A stretch of DNA of 63,521 nucleotides, filler included, from Octopus bimaculoides (lineage: Eukaryota), in the NCBI RefSeq assembly GCF_001194135.2. It is 5 parts of 5 records of this genome, joined end to end, with 100 filler letters (N's around TTAATTAATTAA, not from the genome) between each part and the next. Parts side by side here need not be neighbours in the genome. Positions count along the whole stretch, not along the records: positions 37,425 to 47,947 come from NC_068984.1; positions 48,048 to 61,634 come from NC_069001.1; 3 more parts are not named here. One strand, written 5' to 3'. A program made the translations under genes and the position numbers. Below are positions 37,369 to 49,857 of this stretch, piece by piece. The notes under the pieces are model-generated. The model saw only the letters and a list, made by a program, of their open reading frames with translations. It was not told where the DNA came from and did not search any database. Numbering within the stretch: the stretch's first letter is position 1; each line of letters begins with the position of its first letter.

Positions 37369-37380
37369 TTAATTAATTAA
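37369..37380. other. Artificial scaffold linker TTAATTAATTAA
   Basis: Flanked by 44 N on each side. Confidence 0.9.
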
Positions 37381-38136
37381 NNNNNNNNNNNNNNNNNNNN
37401 NNNNNNNNNNNNNNNNNNNNNNNNTATATATATATATATATATTTGTATGTATGTATGTATGTATGTATGTATGTATGTATACATGCATGTATATATGTA
37501 TACATGCATATATGTATGTATAAATTAGTGTTACCGTGTCGTCAAAAATTGTGACAATTTTATTAACAGTTACAAATAGCACATCAATTTAAAACAAATG
37601 GAGAAACCATTGATAGATTTCATGCCGAAAGATTATAGTTTTTATCCATTTTTAGCTAAAATATGTAATAATTCATAAATGGAATACTGCTTTTAAAACT
37701 ATGACTACAGCTTATTTCCTCATTACTTTTTAATTTATTTCTTCATAACTTTGTGAAAAGTGAACGTTTGTAAACGAGATTTGAAAAGTTTGGCTCTCGA
37801 AGGTATATATTAAAATTATGTCGATAAGAATTTTTTAAAATGCTTTTGGAATAGTTTTGACTTATTTACTACCCACGCAGTCTTTTTTCCTCATAATTCT
37901 CTTCAAAAAATGCATATTTCTCACCGAATTGTTATTGCAGAAATATATTTTCGAGAGTGTTGATGTTTCAAGCATAAGCATTTGAAGAAGCGTGAAAATG
38001 TTAAAGTTGAAGAAATTGATGATAACAAATTGGTGAGGAGAATGATTCGAAACTCTTTCATTCTCTTTGTCACTTTTCTCTCCCTTCTGTTTCTCTCCTT
38101 CCTTCTCTCCACACACACACACACACGCACGCACGC

Positions 38137-38170
<34 letters not shown>

Positions 38171-38739
38171 CGCGCGCGCGCACAGAAAATTAAATAGTAA
38201 ACTATGTTCTTCTTATTTTTAAAAGTATTTTTTCTATCCGTAGTGTGCATTGTTAGTTACTGATTACTGAATATGTTTCAGTCTGGAAGAATAAAGTCAT
38301 GCCACTTGTATGTGCATCTGCGAATGTGCGTGTGTACGTATCTGCACAATGGGAATCTGCAAGTTTCCGTGTATTAAATTCACTAGCAAATCATAGGGAG
38401 TAAATTTGAGAGAAGACACTTGCTCAAGATACTGGACACGAAATCACATTATTGAGAAGCGTACTTCCTGACCACACAACCATACCTGCGTGAGAATATA
38501 TGTGTATATAGTGTGTATATACTACAAAATGCTCCTTCTGTGTCTGTCCAACGGTGTACGTTTTGTAGTATTTAATGCATTTTTCATTTATTGAATAACT
38601 GAACGCCACGCATCCCGACTTTTGTTAACAGTAAGTTTTAAAAATATTTTTTGCGACTCTATCTTTCTTTCCTTCTTTCGCTCTCGTCCTAATATTTCTC
38701 TTTTTAATACGCATTTTAATTTATTAATGTGGGTAGCTA

Positions 38740-39800
38740 ATGCGGTCACACGGCATTTCTTCTAGAACAGAATTCCTTAAGGGACATAAATCCTGGTTAC
38801 GGAAATTACATGTTTTACTTCCATGCTTCACCTTTATACTTTTGATATCTGTATTCTTATTATTATTCATATTGAGGCCAGCTATATTGTCATCTCTATC
38901 GATACCATTACTCCTAAGCTTTAATCTATTATTGGCCGCAGTTATTGATCCTAGATTAGGCGTAGTTGAGTACGATTTAAGGCAGGATCTATTAAAGATG
39001 GGATGATATATATTGCCGAATGGGAAATTCCTGTCAATAATCCTAAAAAATAATTTAGGGAGATTATTGACTTGAACCAGATAATTTCCCGTTTCCTCGC
39101 CGAGTTGTTCTTAATCTGCCCAGGATAATTATAATTATAATTAAATGAATTATAGTGTCTTCTATTATGGTAACAATCCTGATACTCGGGTGGTTCGTTC
39201 ACGGAAGGAGTATCAATGTTTAATTTCGTAAGATTTGGAAAAAGTTTACTTAATTCATTCTTAAATAGTGTATTCTTAATATATCTTCCCATCGAATCCA
39301 TTGTTCTTCAATGCTGTATTATAAATGAGTGCAAAGTTATAAAAAATCTTTTCATTTGCAGATAAGTTAGAAATTCTTATCGACACTCCTTTGACTACCT
39401 CACTAATAACACTTTGGGATGATTGGACAAGGCGTGGATATACTTAATGGTTTTATTAGGCTTATGATAAGGACAAAATAAGCCATTGTCTAACATTAAT
39501 CTTACTTCCAAAAATTAACACGGTTAATGATGTTTTCAAATAGAATATCTAAGTCATATATCTTTTAAAAAATCGCTTGTAAAGAAGAGCCAGAAATAGC
39601 GAATAACACATCATGATTTTAAGAAGAATTTTCAGCAGGTACAAAGTCTGACAGCCGTTTCGAGAATATGTAGGTTGAGATGGGCTAATTATTTCCAACC
39701 ATAACAATCATCCACATTTCTCTCATCATATATAATTTAAGAGGACGTACAAAAGAGTTTCTTTTTATCAATGTTTACATTTTTTTCCCAAAAATAATTA
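38740..39800 (-). mobile_element. Decayed Penelope-like element (second lineage): RT C-half, thumb and Cys linker
   Basis: Minus-strand patches: VNFLEV, CPYHKPNKTIKYIHALSNHP, RISNLS, RKREIIWF, IIDRNFP..IYHPIFNR, SYSTTPNL and TCN.RNQDLCPL. Confidence 0.8.
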
Positions 39801-40371
39801 CTTTATATGATTTTAACCTACTTATCCTTTGTGCATTTGGATTCATTCCCCTCAAATGTAAATACGAACGGAATAAAACAAATTTCGCGTAAGTTGGACA
39901 AGTGTTTGTGGAGATATTAGGGGTTTTCGGGGTATAAATACCCAAAACGGTGCATAATGGGAAAATATTCCGAAAATAATTTAATTCTGAAAGAAACTCT
40001 TACCTTTCCATTAGACACAGTAACTTGACAACGAAAACATACGATTTGTTTTTTACAGTAAATGCTTCTATTTTCACTTTTGTTAAACACAATATTTTAA
40101 TCATTTAGAAATATTTTTAAGTGAACGTGATTTCAAAAATGTAAATTGTTTGTACAGTAAGTTTTTATATTTTAGCTTTCTTTAAGCAGACAATATTTCA
40201 ATGTTTTTTTTTAATTATTTCAAGTGAATACCAATACAAAAAAAATTTTTTGGCATATTTAAAAAAATATTTTAAAGTGAAAATGACTTTAAAAATACGG
40301 TAAATATTTTGTAAAAGACTCGTTCGTATTTCTTTCCATAGGTTTCTTGGAGTGCATTCAACGTATCTCAC

Positions 40372-40564
40372 CTCCAAAGACTTGGCTGCTATTTCTAGCA
40401 CACTCTGCTACCACATAACAGCTATTTGCAATAAAGGACCCGAAACACCGGTTAACGTGGTAGCAGGGCGTGTAAGAAATAACAGCCAAATATTTCCTTT
40501 TCTGGGAAAGGAACTGTTTACGCGTGATTTCGATGTCACATTCGTTGAAAGGATGCGAAATAAC
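40372..40564 (-). other. Candidate 193-nt spliced exon of an unidentified transcript
   Basis: Acceptor TTTTGTTTCTTGAGTTTTTCTTTCTTTTCCAG| and donor GAG|GTGAGA. The phase-0 frame is open (VISHPFNECDIEITRK...SSQVFG), but I recognise no homology. Confidence 0.45.
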
Positions 40565-40667
40565 CTGGAAAAGAAAGAAAAACTCAAGAAACAAAACGTT
40601 GTTGCTAGGAAACGCAGACTTTCCTAGTGACCCAACGGGTCATGGGTAGTCTAGTATAAATATATAG

Positions 40668-41075
40668 GCGCAGGCGTGGATGTGTGGTAAAAAGCTTGCT
40701 TGCCAACCACATCGTTCGGGATTCAGTCTCGCTGCGTGATACCTTAGGCAAGTGTCTTCTATAGCCTCGAGCCGACCAAAGCATTGTGAGTGGATTTGGT
40801 CGACGGAAACTGAAAGAAGGCCGTCGTATGTATATATATGTATACATGTATATGTTTATGCGCGCGCGCGCGTGTTTGTCCCCACCACCACCATCGCTTG
40901 ACAACCAACGGTGTTGTGTTTCCGTCCCCGTAACTAGTGGTTCGGCAAAAGGGACCAATAGATTATGTACCAGGCTTACAAAGAATAAGCCCTGGGGTTG
41001 ATTACTTCGACTAAAAGGTGGTACTCCAGCATGGCTGTAGTCAAATGTCTGAAACGAATAAAAGAAATAAAGGAA
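40668..41075 (+). mobile_element. SINE family B (CORE-like), near full length
   Basis: tRNA-like head GGCGCAGGCGTGGATGTGTGGT, CORE-like CCTTAGGCAAGTG, central TA/CG/TG tract and 3' module. Confidence 0.8.
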
Positions 41076-41149
41076 ATTAGAATCGAAATTGTTTGTCTGT
41101 CTGTTTAGTTCTCTCTGTCTTCCTCTCTCTCTCTCTAAATGTATGTATA

Positions 41150-41195
<46 letters not shown>

Positions 41196-41200
<5 letters not shown>

Positions 41201-41385
41201 ATCTCTCGACTATCGCAGGTGTTCCGTTTCAAAAACCGCGGCGATAGGTGAAAATCCGCGAAGTAGAAACAGTATTGTACTGTATGTTTTTTTAAAAAAT
41301 TATTTTTATAATTTGCATATTTGTTTTATTATAAAGGCAAAACAACACCATGATAGATGAACCGCGATATGGCGAGGGATTTCTG
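41196..41385. mobile_element. Tigger/pogo-like MITE in a (TA)n site
   Basis: Imperfect TIRs AGTAATCTCTCGACTATCGC / GCGATATGGCGAGGGATTTCTG, flanked by TA. Confidence 0.65.
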
Positions 41386-41555
41386 TATATATACACACGT
41401 ATGAGTGTACAAACGAAAGAAAGTGCCACTGAATACATTCGCTTGGAGTTACGTGTATTATTGAATGGCAAATTTAACTAGAGTCCATGCACCTTAAACA
41501 TTTGCCGCCTCGTAGAAACCCATATGTATGTGTGCATGTGTGTGTGTGTGCGTGC

Positions 41556-41586
<31 letters not shown>

Positions 41587-41604
41587 TGTGTGTGCCTGTG
41601 TGTG

Positions 41605-41666
<62 letters not shown>

Positions 41667-41929
41667 CATATGTATTTATATATTATTCTTATTACTACTT
41701 TGCTAATTGTGTGTCAATGTGTATATATGCGGCCGGAAAAAACCTCTTCTATCACTCCCCCGTGAGTCAAACTACAGAAGTTGCGATGTATATTCGTTTC
41801 TGTCAACTGATCTTATTGTTGTTTAGCTTACAAACACTCCTTGAAAGAGTTTTTTTTTTTTGCCTATTAATTACTTGAAATATATCAGTTGATCAAACTT
41901 TTTCAATTCACTATATTACATATACGTAG

Positions 41930-42165
41930 TGAATTAGAAGAATCCTTAGGGCGTCGGACAAAATGATTCGCAGTGTTTGTTTCAACTCCCTGAATTCCGA
42001 GTTCACATCCTGCCGAAATCAACTTTACTTTTCACCCTTTTAAGGTCGATAAATAAGTACCTATCCAAGGCAGTGGGCAAGCAGAACTGTAGGACATCGG
42101 ACTAGAAGTCTTGAGTATTTGTTTCGACTCTATATTATGAAGTCAAATCCCGCTATGGCTTACTT
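41930..42165 (+). mobile_element. SINE family A copy plus a partial second copy
   Basis: CCGAGTTCACATCC...TTTCACCCTTTTAAGGTCGATAAATAAGTACC. Confidence 0.65.
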
Positions 42166-42686
42166 GGATAATTTTGACCCGTCGCTCTGTTTAATATCAC
42201 CACATTAAGTGCATTTACCGGAGTCCATCTTAGCATGGTTCATGGTCCGAAAGCTTGCTTCCGGACAAGGTTTCTGGTATGAGGATACCCTCCCTCTCGC
42301 CAGCTTTGGAGACCCTGTAACGAGTCATTGATGAGATAAAAAAAAAGGACTCCACTCGTTGAGCAATTAATATATAGATATGAGCTACTAATAGTTTCAT
42401 ACATTGGAGATATCTTGGCAGGTTTTAATGACACGCCTAGTGTCCCCAAGTAATCTTCGGGCTCTGAGCACATGGCCTATAAATGTTAGAAATCAAGACA
42501 ATAGAATAAGAGAAATCATGTGGAAGAGTGAAAAAAAAAACAAAACAGAAAAAGAAATGGAAAACTAAAAAAAAGGGAATTAGATTTATACCCTCTTTGA
42601 CCTTAAAGCCATAAAGCTAGTTGGTGTAAAATCAAAGGAAGGGATGTAAAGTCTGCGATACAACTGCTCAAAGAGGGTGGTGTTCT

Positions 42687-42990
42687 CTAATTCATCAAAA
42701 GAAACTTGTCCATATATTTGTATTTGCTGAAAATTTCTGATCTAAAATTCAGCAGTGCAGTGGAAGTCTTAGATCTAAAAAGGATATGCGATCTGTCAGC
42801 TACTCATAACTTGCATTGTTTAGATCCATTAACATATGGCTTGGGTTTTCTACGAAATTTCATTTGATTGTAAGCAGCGTGGAGTTGATCTTGAAACTCC
42901 ATACGTGGCTAGCCAACTTAGTGGCTTTACTGTTGTCCATATGCTGGAAAAAAGATAGGTAGTTAGCATAACGTCTTTTGAAGTTGTTTT
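42687..42990 (-). mobile_element. Penelope-like GIY-YIG endonuclease C-terminal fragment
   Basis: LASHVWSFK...PYVNGSKQCKL*VADRSHIL...LLNFRSEIFSK...KFLL matches the LS.YIW.LK / C.LC..EK / LN.RSE pattern. Confidence 0.7.
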
Positions 42991-43299
42991 TTTTATAACT
43001 CTAAGCCTACATGATAACCTAACCGGAAAGAAGAATTACATTGACACATACATACACATCACATGCATACACAAAGAGAAACTATAGAAACGCCTTTGAA
43101 ATAAGATTTACGTTTGTGCATTCTTTCTAAGTTTTATAATTCTCATGATCACTGTAGCTAATTTACGAGCATTTGCTTGTACACAGTTTCAGCATTTGCA
43201 TGCTGCATGATAATTTTTTCACACAAACCTGCAATTATTAGTATTCTATGACCTCATGATAAAGTCTTATAAATAATTGCTTCTTATTTAGGCACAAGG

Positions 43300-43470
43300 A
43301 TAGAAATTTTGAGAGAAGAGAAAAAAGTCGATTACATCAACCTTAGTAATTTATTTCATTGACCATGGAGGGATGAAAGGTCATCTTGACTTCTGCGACA
43401 TTTAAACTCAAAACATTAAGAGTCGTAACTAAATACCACAAGGCATTCTTTGTGACTCTAACCATTCTGC
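43300..43470 (-). mobile_element. SINE family A copy
   Basis: GGATGAAAGG...TTTAAACTCA...ATTCTGCC (reverse complement of family A). Confidence 0.6.
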
Positions 43471-44418
43471 CAATCTACCACCATTAGAGAGCTATAAATA
43501 ATAATTATTGGAGACGCTCTTATTACTATAGCAAGAGAAATAAAAATATGTAAAGCGCACAATTCCCTAAATAGTAAGTAATAAGTATGAGTTTGAAAGA
43601 ATGAAAAAAATATTATAAACCCTAGAAAAATCCCTTTAAACTTTTTTTTATAACACATCAGGACACAGATTAAAATGGCAGCATCAGACCTTATGAATAA
43701 GTATGGAAAAATTTAAGAAAAATAATATTAAAAAAATAAATTTCTATGGGTGAGAGCATTAAATTCTTTGCTTTAATTAATGTAAAAATAAATATTTTGT
43801 CTTTATAAACAAAAAAAAAAAGTAAAAACATCTTCCATTTGGTAAAAATTTCAATTGAAACCTGCTTCTCGAAAGCATATTTTATATATATATTTAACAA
43901 ATTAGTTTAACCTTACCTTACCTACATCAACTGCTATAATGATAGGGCAAATTATGTTTGGTAAGGTTGAGTTTGTTAAAGAAAATATTAAAAATATTTA
44001 CATTACAAAAATATTTCCCTATATTAGTGTTGATAATTAAAGACTACATTTGACAGAATCGAATGGTAAAATCCCTATTGCAGAACATCTGAAGTGAAAA
44101 AAAAGGCATACCTATTATTGTTTAAAAGTAATTCCTGTTGGTGTTCAATGATTTCTATGCTTAAACCAGGAAAATGTATTTTTGCAAGCTATCGTAATAC
44201 CGGCACATGATATTGTAAATCCAATGAAAGACTGTTGACAGTTAATAAGATTATGCAGTTTAACAAATCATGCAACCAAATTCAAGATTGTTTAATCTCA
44301 CTCTTCAATCTTAATCGAAAAGTTTTATTAAAATGTCAACCTTTTCTAAAATAAATATACACCATATCTCTTAGAAATTGAGGAACTAAAGTGAAGATTG
44401 AATACAACAACAACAACA

Positions 44419-44511
<93 letters not shown>

Positions 44512-46624
44512 GTGTGGGAGAGCAGCGCATACCATCAAAGTGACACTGGCATGTTATTATTATTATTATTATTATTATTGCTGTTGTTGCTGTTGTTTCA
44601 TGAGATCTCTAAGATTATTTTCCTGGGTATGATGGAAAGTGTCAGCTGCCCACGACCAGCAGACTAAGGTGACACTTGTTTGCTGATCATGCTTAAAGAA
44701 TCCAGCGGTGAACTCCTGCAGTTTCAAGCAATGATGATTTTTGTTGGTGTTCTATCTTTGCATTTATCATTTATATCAATCTTTTTGATCCATGTTGATA
44801 GTTGAGTACTGATGCTTCCAAGCGCGCCAGTCACTATTGGTATCACGTCCACTCACTTCATTGCCCACAACCTGCGTATTTCCCACTTCAATACATCGTA
44901 GTTGTTCACTTTTTCTTCTTTCTCTTTTGTCTTGTAACTAGGACATGCTATATCGAATATTCTTGCCACATTGTCATGTCGTCTTTTGTAATCACTTTGT
45001 GCCAGTTTCGGGTATTCGCTAACAATGTGCCACACTGTTTCCCCGCTCTCAGTTGTTTTATCAATTCTGCACTTCACATATTTTGTCCTCAATGCCTGTT
45101 CCTGTGGCGCGCTTATAAATGCTTCTGTTGCTATCTTCAAATCACTCTTCTGCCTTTATAACCACCAGTCTTCTGTATCTTTCTTGGTGTTCGTATCTCT
45201 TGCAAATAGACTGTACGTTTCTCCCCCTTCCCATGCCATTTCTTTTTTCGTACTCTGCTCCTCTCTTAATTTCTCTTTCTTACCACTATTATCACCATCT
45301 TCACCATTATTATCATTTGACATCTGATAGTTTCAAGTAAATTTCTGCTGCGTCACTTTCTACACTTCTGCGCTGCTGAGGTGTATGCAGCATTGTATGT
45401 TCTTTCTTTTTTTTTTGTTGCTGTTGTTTGGGAAGCACAAACTCGACCCGATATTATATTGCATCAGTATGTTTTGTTATGGGGTTTGATTTGAGTCATT
45501 TGTTATATTAGTGTTTGTATTGTATGTGTGTGTAATGCGAGCCGTGATCTTCTGTTGGGTATCGGATATGTAGAGTACATGTTGCGGGGGTTCATTTTAT
45601 AGGATATTTACTGTTTGAGTTTCTCTATTTCTGTTTTGGGAACTTTCTATTCTCATAAGATATATCCTCTTACATTCGCAATTTCCTGATATCCTTATTA
45701 TTTTTCCTCGCTATCCCATATGTTTCTTTTTTTATTTCTATGTTTTGGATATAGTGTTGCATTATAGAATGCATACGTCAGTTTAATGTAGTCGACATCT
45801 GCCCATCGTTCTCTTTTAGTTTTGTTTTCCGTTTGAGCAGCGTTAACTTTTTGACAGAACACCGCCTCTTGATGTGTGCTGAGGCTTCTTTCGTATCGCG
45901 GTTATTAAAGCTCACGTAATGAAATTCACCGCTACTACTTTTCTCTTCACAGCCTTATCACCGAGTACAACTGTTCCCTTCCACTGTTTGTTGCATCTTT
46001 TGTGAAAATCATTTAAATACCGTGCCTTCCAAATTTGATTTATTCATATGTGGTAGCTTGTACGCGTTCTTAAGTATTTGTATGTCTGGCTTTGGTCTAA
46101 TTCTCTTATTTCATTTGCTTTATCTAGTGCTATTTTGCTACTCTTAACTAGTTTTCTTCTTTTCAAGGTTGCTTTGGCACATTTTTCTAAGCCAAATTTC
46201 ATGTTTACTTCTTTGGTAAATCCATATACTATCTGTAGTAATGTTTCCAGCTGTTTATCATTTGTAGCGTACAGTTTCAGATAATCCATATATAAGAGGT
46301 GGCTGATTGTTTTGCGTAACAATTATATTCACATCCAGTTCTGTTTAGCAAGTCAGATAAAGGTGTCAGTGCCAAGCATAAAAGGAATGGAGCGAGTGAG
46401 TCTCTCTGGAATATTCCTCTTCTGATGGGGTTGACTTTGGTTTTTATGAGTCCCTCTTTTGTCTGGAGCTGTAGCACTGTCTGCCATTTATTCATGGGAT
46501 GTGTTATATATTTTATGATTATTGGTGCTACCTTGTTCATGGCTAGAGTTTCTAGGATCCATGTGTGGAGAATACTTTCGAAAGCCTTTCGGTAATCGAT
46601 CCTTATTATTATTATTATTATTAT

Positions 46625-46679
<55 letters not shown>

Positions 46680-47008
46680 GCTGTTGTTGTTGTTGTTGTC
46701 GTTGTTATTTCTCTTTATCACAGGTTTTGTTCGAGCTCCTGGAGTCTGGCATACGTAGCGGGCTTACTACCTGCAGCCTACAGTACCATGTTATCCGTTC
46801 TTTTCAGCTATCTAATACCTTCCTGATTATTCTGGCCGTACCAAGGAGGCAAACCTTTTGTAACAGCTCTACTGGGCTCTCTGTTCGAATTTCCTTTATA
46901 TTCCTCTTGATGCTTTCTGATACTGTTCCCAAAAACCCAACAATAATTGGCACTATTTTCACCTTCTTCATTTTCCATAGCCAGGCTATTTCGTACTTAA
47001 GAGAGTTG

Positions 47009-47078
<70 letters not shown>

Positions 47079-47947
47079 GCTAGCTAGCTAGCTAGCTAGC
47101 TAGTTAGCTATCTATCTATCTGTCTTTTCGCTTTCCTTCTTGACTATTCGTGGGTCAAAACGGCATGCAACATCAACTACATAGTATACGTGATGCACCT
47201 TGTCAACCACAACTAGGTCCAGTCTTTTATGCTCTTGCACCCGATATGTTTGGATTGGAAAATCCCAGGGGATTTTGCTAGTTACCGACTCCTCCACTCT
47301 CTGCGGTTTGTGCTCATACCACATCTTACCTCTCTCTAGCCCTCACTTTTCGCACAGTTTCCAATGGAGCACTTTCGCTACCTGATCGTGTCGCCACAAC
47401 TTAAAGTGGTTTTGGGCAAGCCTGGAGCTTTGGTTCATGGTATGGGCAATGGTTTGTTCAACTTTATTACAAATGCAGCACAGAAGAGACATTTGTTCAT
47501 TCCTAAGGTTGACTCTCCAGTTCGTGGCCAAAGCTTGGTCTTGCACTGCCAGTATAGTGCACTTAGTCTCGTTTTATAAGGATCCTTTCATCAGCCAATC
47601 CCACCTATTTTACTATTATTATTATTATTCAGTAGTTTTATTTTTATAACGTGCTTTCACTTCACTACCGAGCGCAGCTCTGTGCGCCTTGGGTATGTGC
47701 TGTGGTTTGCTGTGGTGCTCTTATGTTTACTGTATTGAAAGTGTTTTGCGTAGAATGTGTGCAGTACCCAGTAGTGTAATTTTCTGTATGTTATATATAT
47801 TTGTAAGTCCTGGTGTTTTTGTTATGTATTTGTCTGAATATTTTTTTATTATACCTAAGGCACCTACTATGATAGGAATTGTTTCTGTTTTTAGATTCCA
47901 CATTCGAGTTATCTCTATTTCCAGGTCTTTGTATTTTGAAAGTTTTT
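44512..47947 (-). mobile_element. Cluster of R4/Dong-like LINE fragments (RT, CCHC/RLE and N-terminal pieces) separated by microsatellites
   Basis: IRRGIFQRDSLAPFLLCLALTPL, ISHLLYMD.LKLY, FGLEKCA, QDQALATN, RHDQVAKVLHW, WYEHKP, WDFPIQT and KYKDLEIEITRMW...GTAHILRK. Confidence 0.87.
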
Positions 47948-47991
47948 NNNNNNNNNNNNNNNNNNNNNNNNNNNNNNNNNNNNNNNNNNNN

Positions 47992-48003
47992 TTAATTAAT
48001 TAA
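47992..48003. other. Artificial scaffold linker TTAATTAATTAA
   Basis: Flanked by 44 N on each side. Confidence 0.9.
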
Positions 48004-48095
48004 NNNNNNNNNNNNNNNNNNNNNNNNNNNNNNNNNNNNNNNNNNNNTTACTAACATTATAATGTTCTTCATTTTATTTGTGCATACATGTGGAC

Positions 48096-49800
48096 TAGGG
48101 TGGAGTAGAAAATGCAACTTTTGAAATTGTAACCAAGAATTGATATTTTCTTGTGAATTAAGGTTAAAAGAAAGGTGTATAAAGAACTTTGCGGTTAAAT
48201 ATTTTTTTCAGGCTCTACAACGCAATTGAAAATTTTCAAAAATCATTATTTTTGGTCAAATTTGGGATTTCATGGATTATAAGTCATAATGAATACATAT
48301 TTCTACATACCAGAATGCAAACTGTAAATATAGTATCCTTAAGAGGTTGCATACCAAGTTTCAATACAATTGACTAATATCTTGAGGTTCTGCATTGACT
48401 ATAAAGAGAACTTGAGTGTGAACTTCTCTCCATTGCCGCTGCAACAGCTGCTGCATGTGGACGTACATCGTACGTGTGAAGTTTTCTGTTTTGTACCTTG
48501 ACTTTAGGCCATTGTATGAAAATTAATGATCGTGTTAAATTTAGTGTTGTTTACATTTAGTGATGACTCATAAGCCAATAACACATCATGATATTGAATG
48601 CCCAATATTTGGTACTCCCTGTGATCTTAGTGAGCAAGTTTCACCAACTTATGCCATCTTATTAACAGTCTCGATGGAAAAACTACTGGGCCTCGTGGAT
48701 TTTTTGGCCGATTGGTAAGAGACTGGAGCGATGTGAAACACTAAGTGTTGTGAAATTTAATCAGATTCTAATGGACTTACCATCAGTAGACAGAAACAAC
48801 CTTAGCACTGATCAAAAATACTTTCTTGATATCCACCAATCTATTTCTGAAGGGAAATGTTCATCTGAAATGGCATTAAGGAATCCCAGGAAAATGGCAC
48901 ATTCTTAATAGCTTACAACTGCAAATCATATATTATGGTTGTGGCAAGAACAGTTGGGACAGTTTCATTAGTTTAACTTTTTCTCTTTGTTCTGTTCAAC
49001 CCTTGATATAGCCATGTAGTGCAATGGACACCCTGTTTGTTTACTTCTCCATAGGTGTACACACGCACGCACGCACGAACACACAAGAAAAAAAAATTCT
49101 GGTGTTCAAGACAAAAAAAGGACTTCAAATTGAAAGGTAATACAGCAATAATCAATTGGAATTATTTAGTTTTAGCTATTGTGAATGTAACAATTAGCAT
49201 TATGTCATTTTAGGAATTTCCAAAACAACAAATCTTTGACTGTTCCATTCTTTATTTGAGAGTGTGATGCTAATTCTCGTCTATGCAAAAAATTGGCCTT
49301 ATTACTGAAATGATTCGTATTATTTAGTTACATGGAATTATTTCGAATAAATTGGAAATGTTAATTATTTTTATCACCAAAATGTGTCAAGAATCAAAAA
49401 TTGGTTTACACGTAATTTTATTTTAACGTGTGTGTAATCTAGACCTCATGTAACACATATATTTGATGACCTAGTATTAAAAATAATAAAGAAAAAGTCG
49501 AAAAGTCTATTCATTTCACATAATTTTGAAATTTCATGTGTGTTGCGGAGCCTGAAGATATAAATTTTAGAGCTTGAGATTTTAACACTCTTGTTTTTAA
49601 AGGATTTCACAATANNNNNNNNNNAAATTGATTTTTTCTCGTTATTCAAAATTTCAAGTGGGCTGCGGAGCCTGAAGATGTAAATTTAAGAACTTCAGAT
49701 TTTAACACAGTTGTTTTTAAAGGATTTCACAATAAAAAATATATTCTTGAAAACATACTTCGAAAATCTGTGTAAAAAGTACCTTTTTCACCACACCCTA
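48096..49800 (+). mobile_element. Internally deleted hAT (hATm-like) DNA transposon
   Basis: Termini TAGGGTG...CACCCTA with a 7/8 TSD (ATGTGGAC 48088-95, ATGTAGAC 49801-08). Transposase relic LDGKTTGPRG..IGKRLERCE...STDQKY...LTTAN.IL at about 48650-48940. Confidence 0.8.
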
Positions 49801-49813
49801 ATGTAGACATATA

Positions 49814-49857
<44 letters not shown>

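Noticed and set aside
40304-40627. Plus-strand ORF with a Lys-rich, NLS-like C-terminus and an apparent acceptor at 40341
   Set aside because: The KKEKLKKQ stretch is the complement of the polypyrimidine tract of the minus-strand acceptor. The minus exon has strong sites at both ends and explains the region better, though the plus reading is not fully excluded.
42090-42165. GACT..AGTC-GAAAC hammerhead-like stem on the minus strand
   Set aside because: There is no core, and the sequence is a family A SINE fragment.
42290-42700. SECIS candidates downstream of the PLE GIY-YIG fragment
   Set aside because: The ATGA-started stems are too short, or lack the GA quartet partner and a correctly placed AA.
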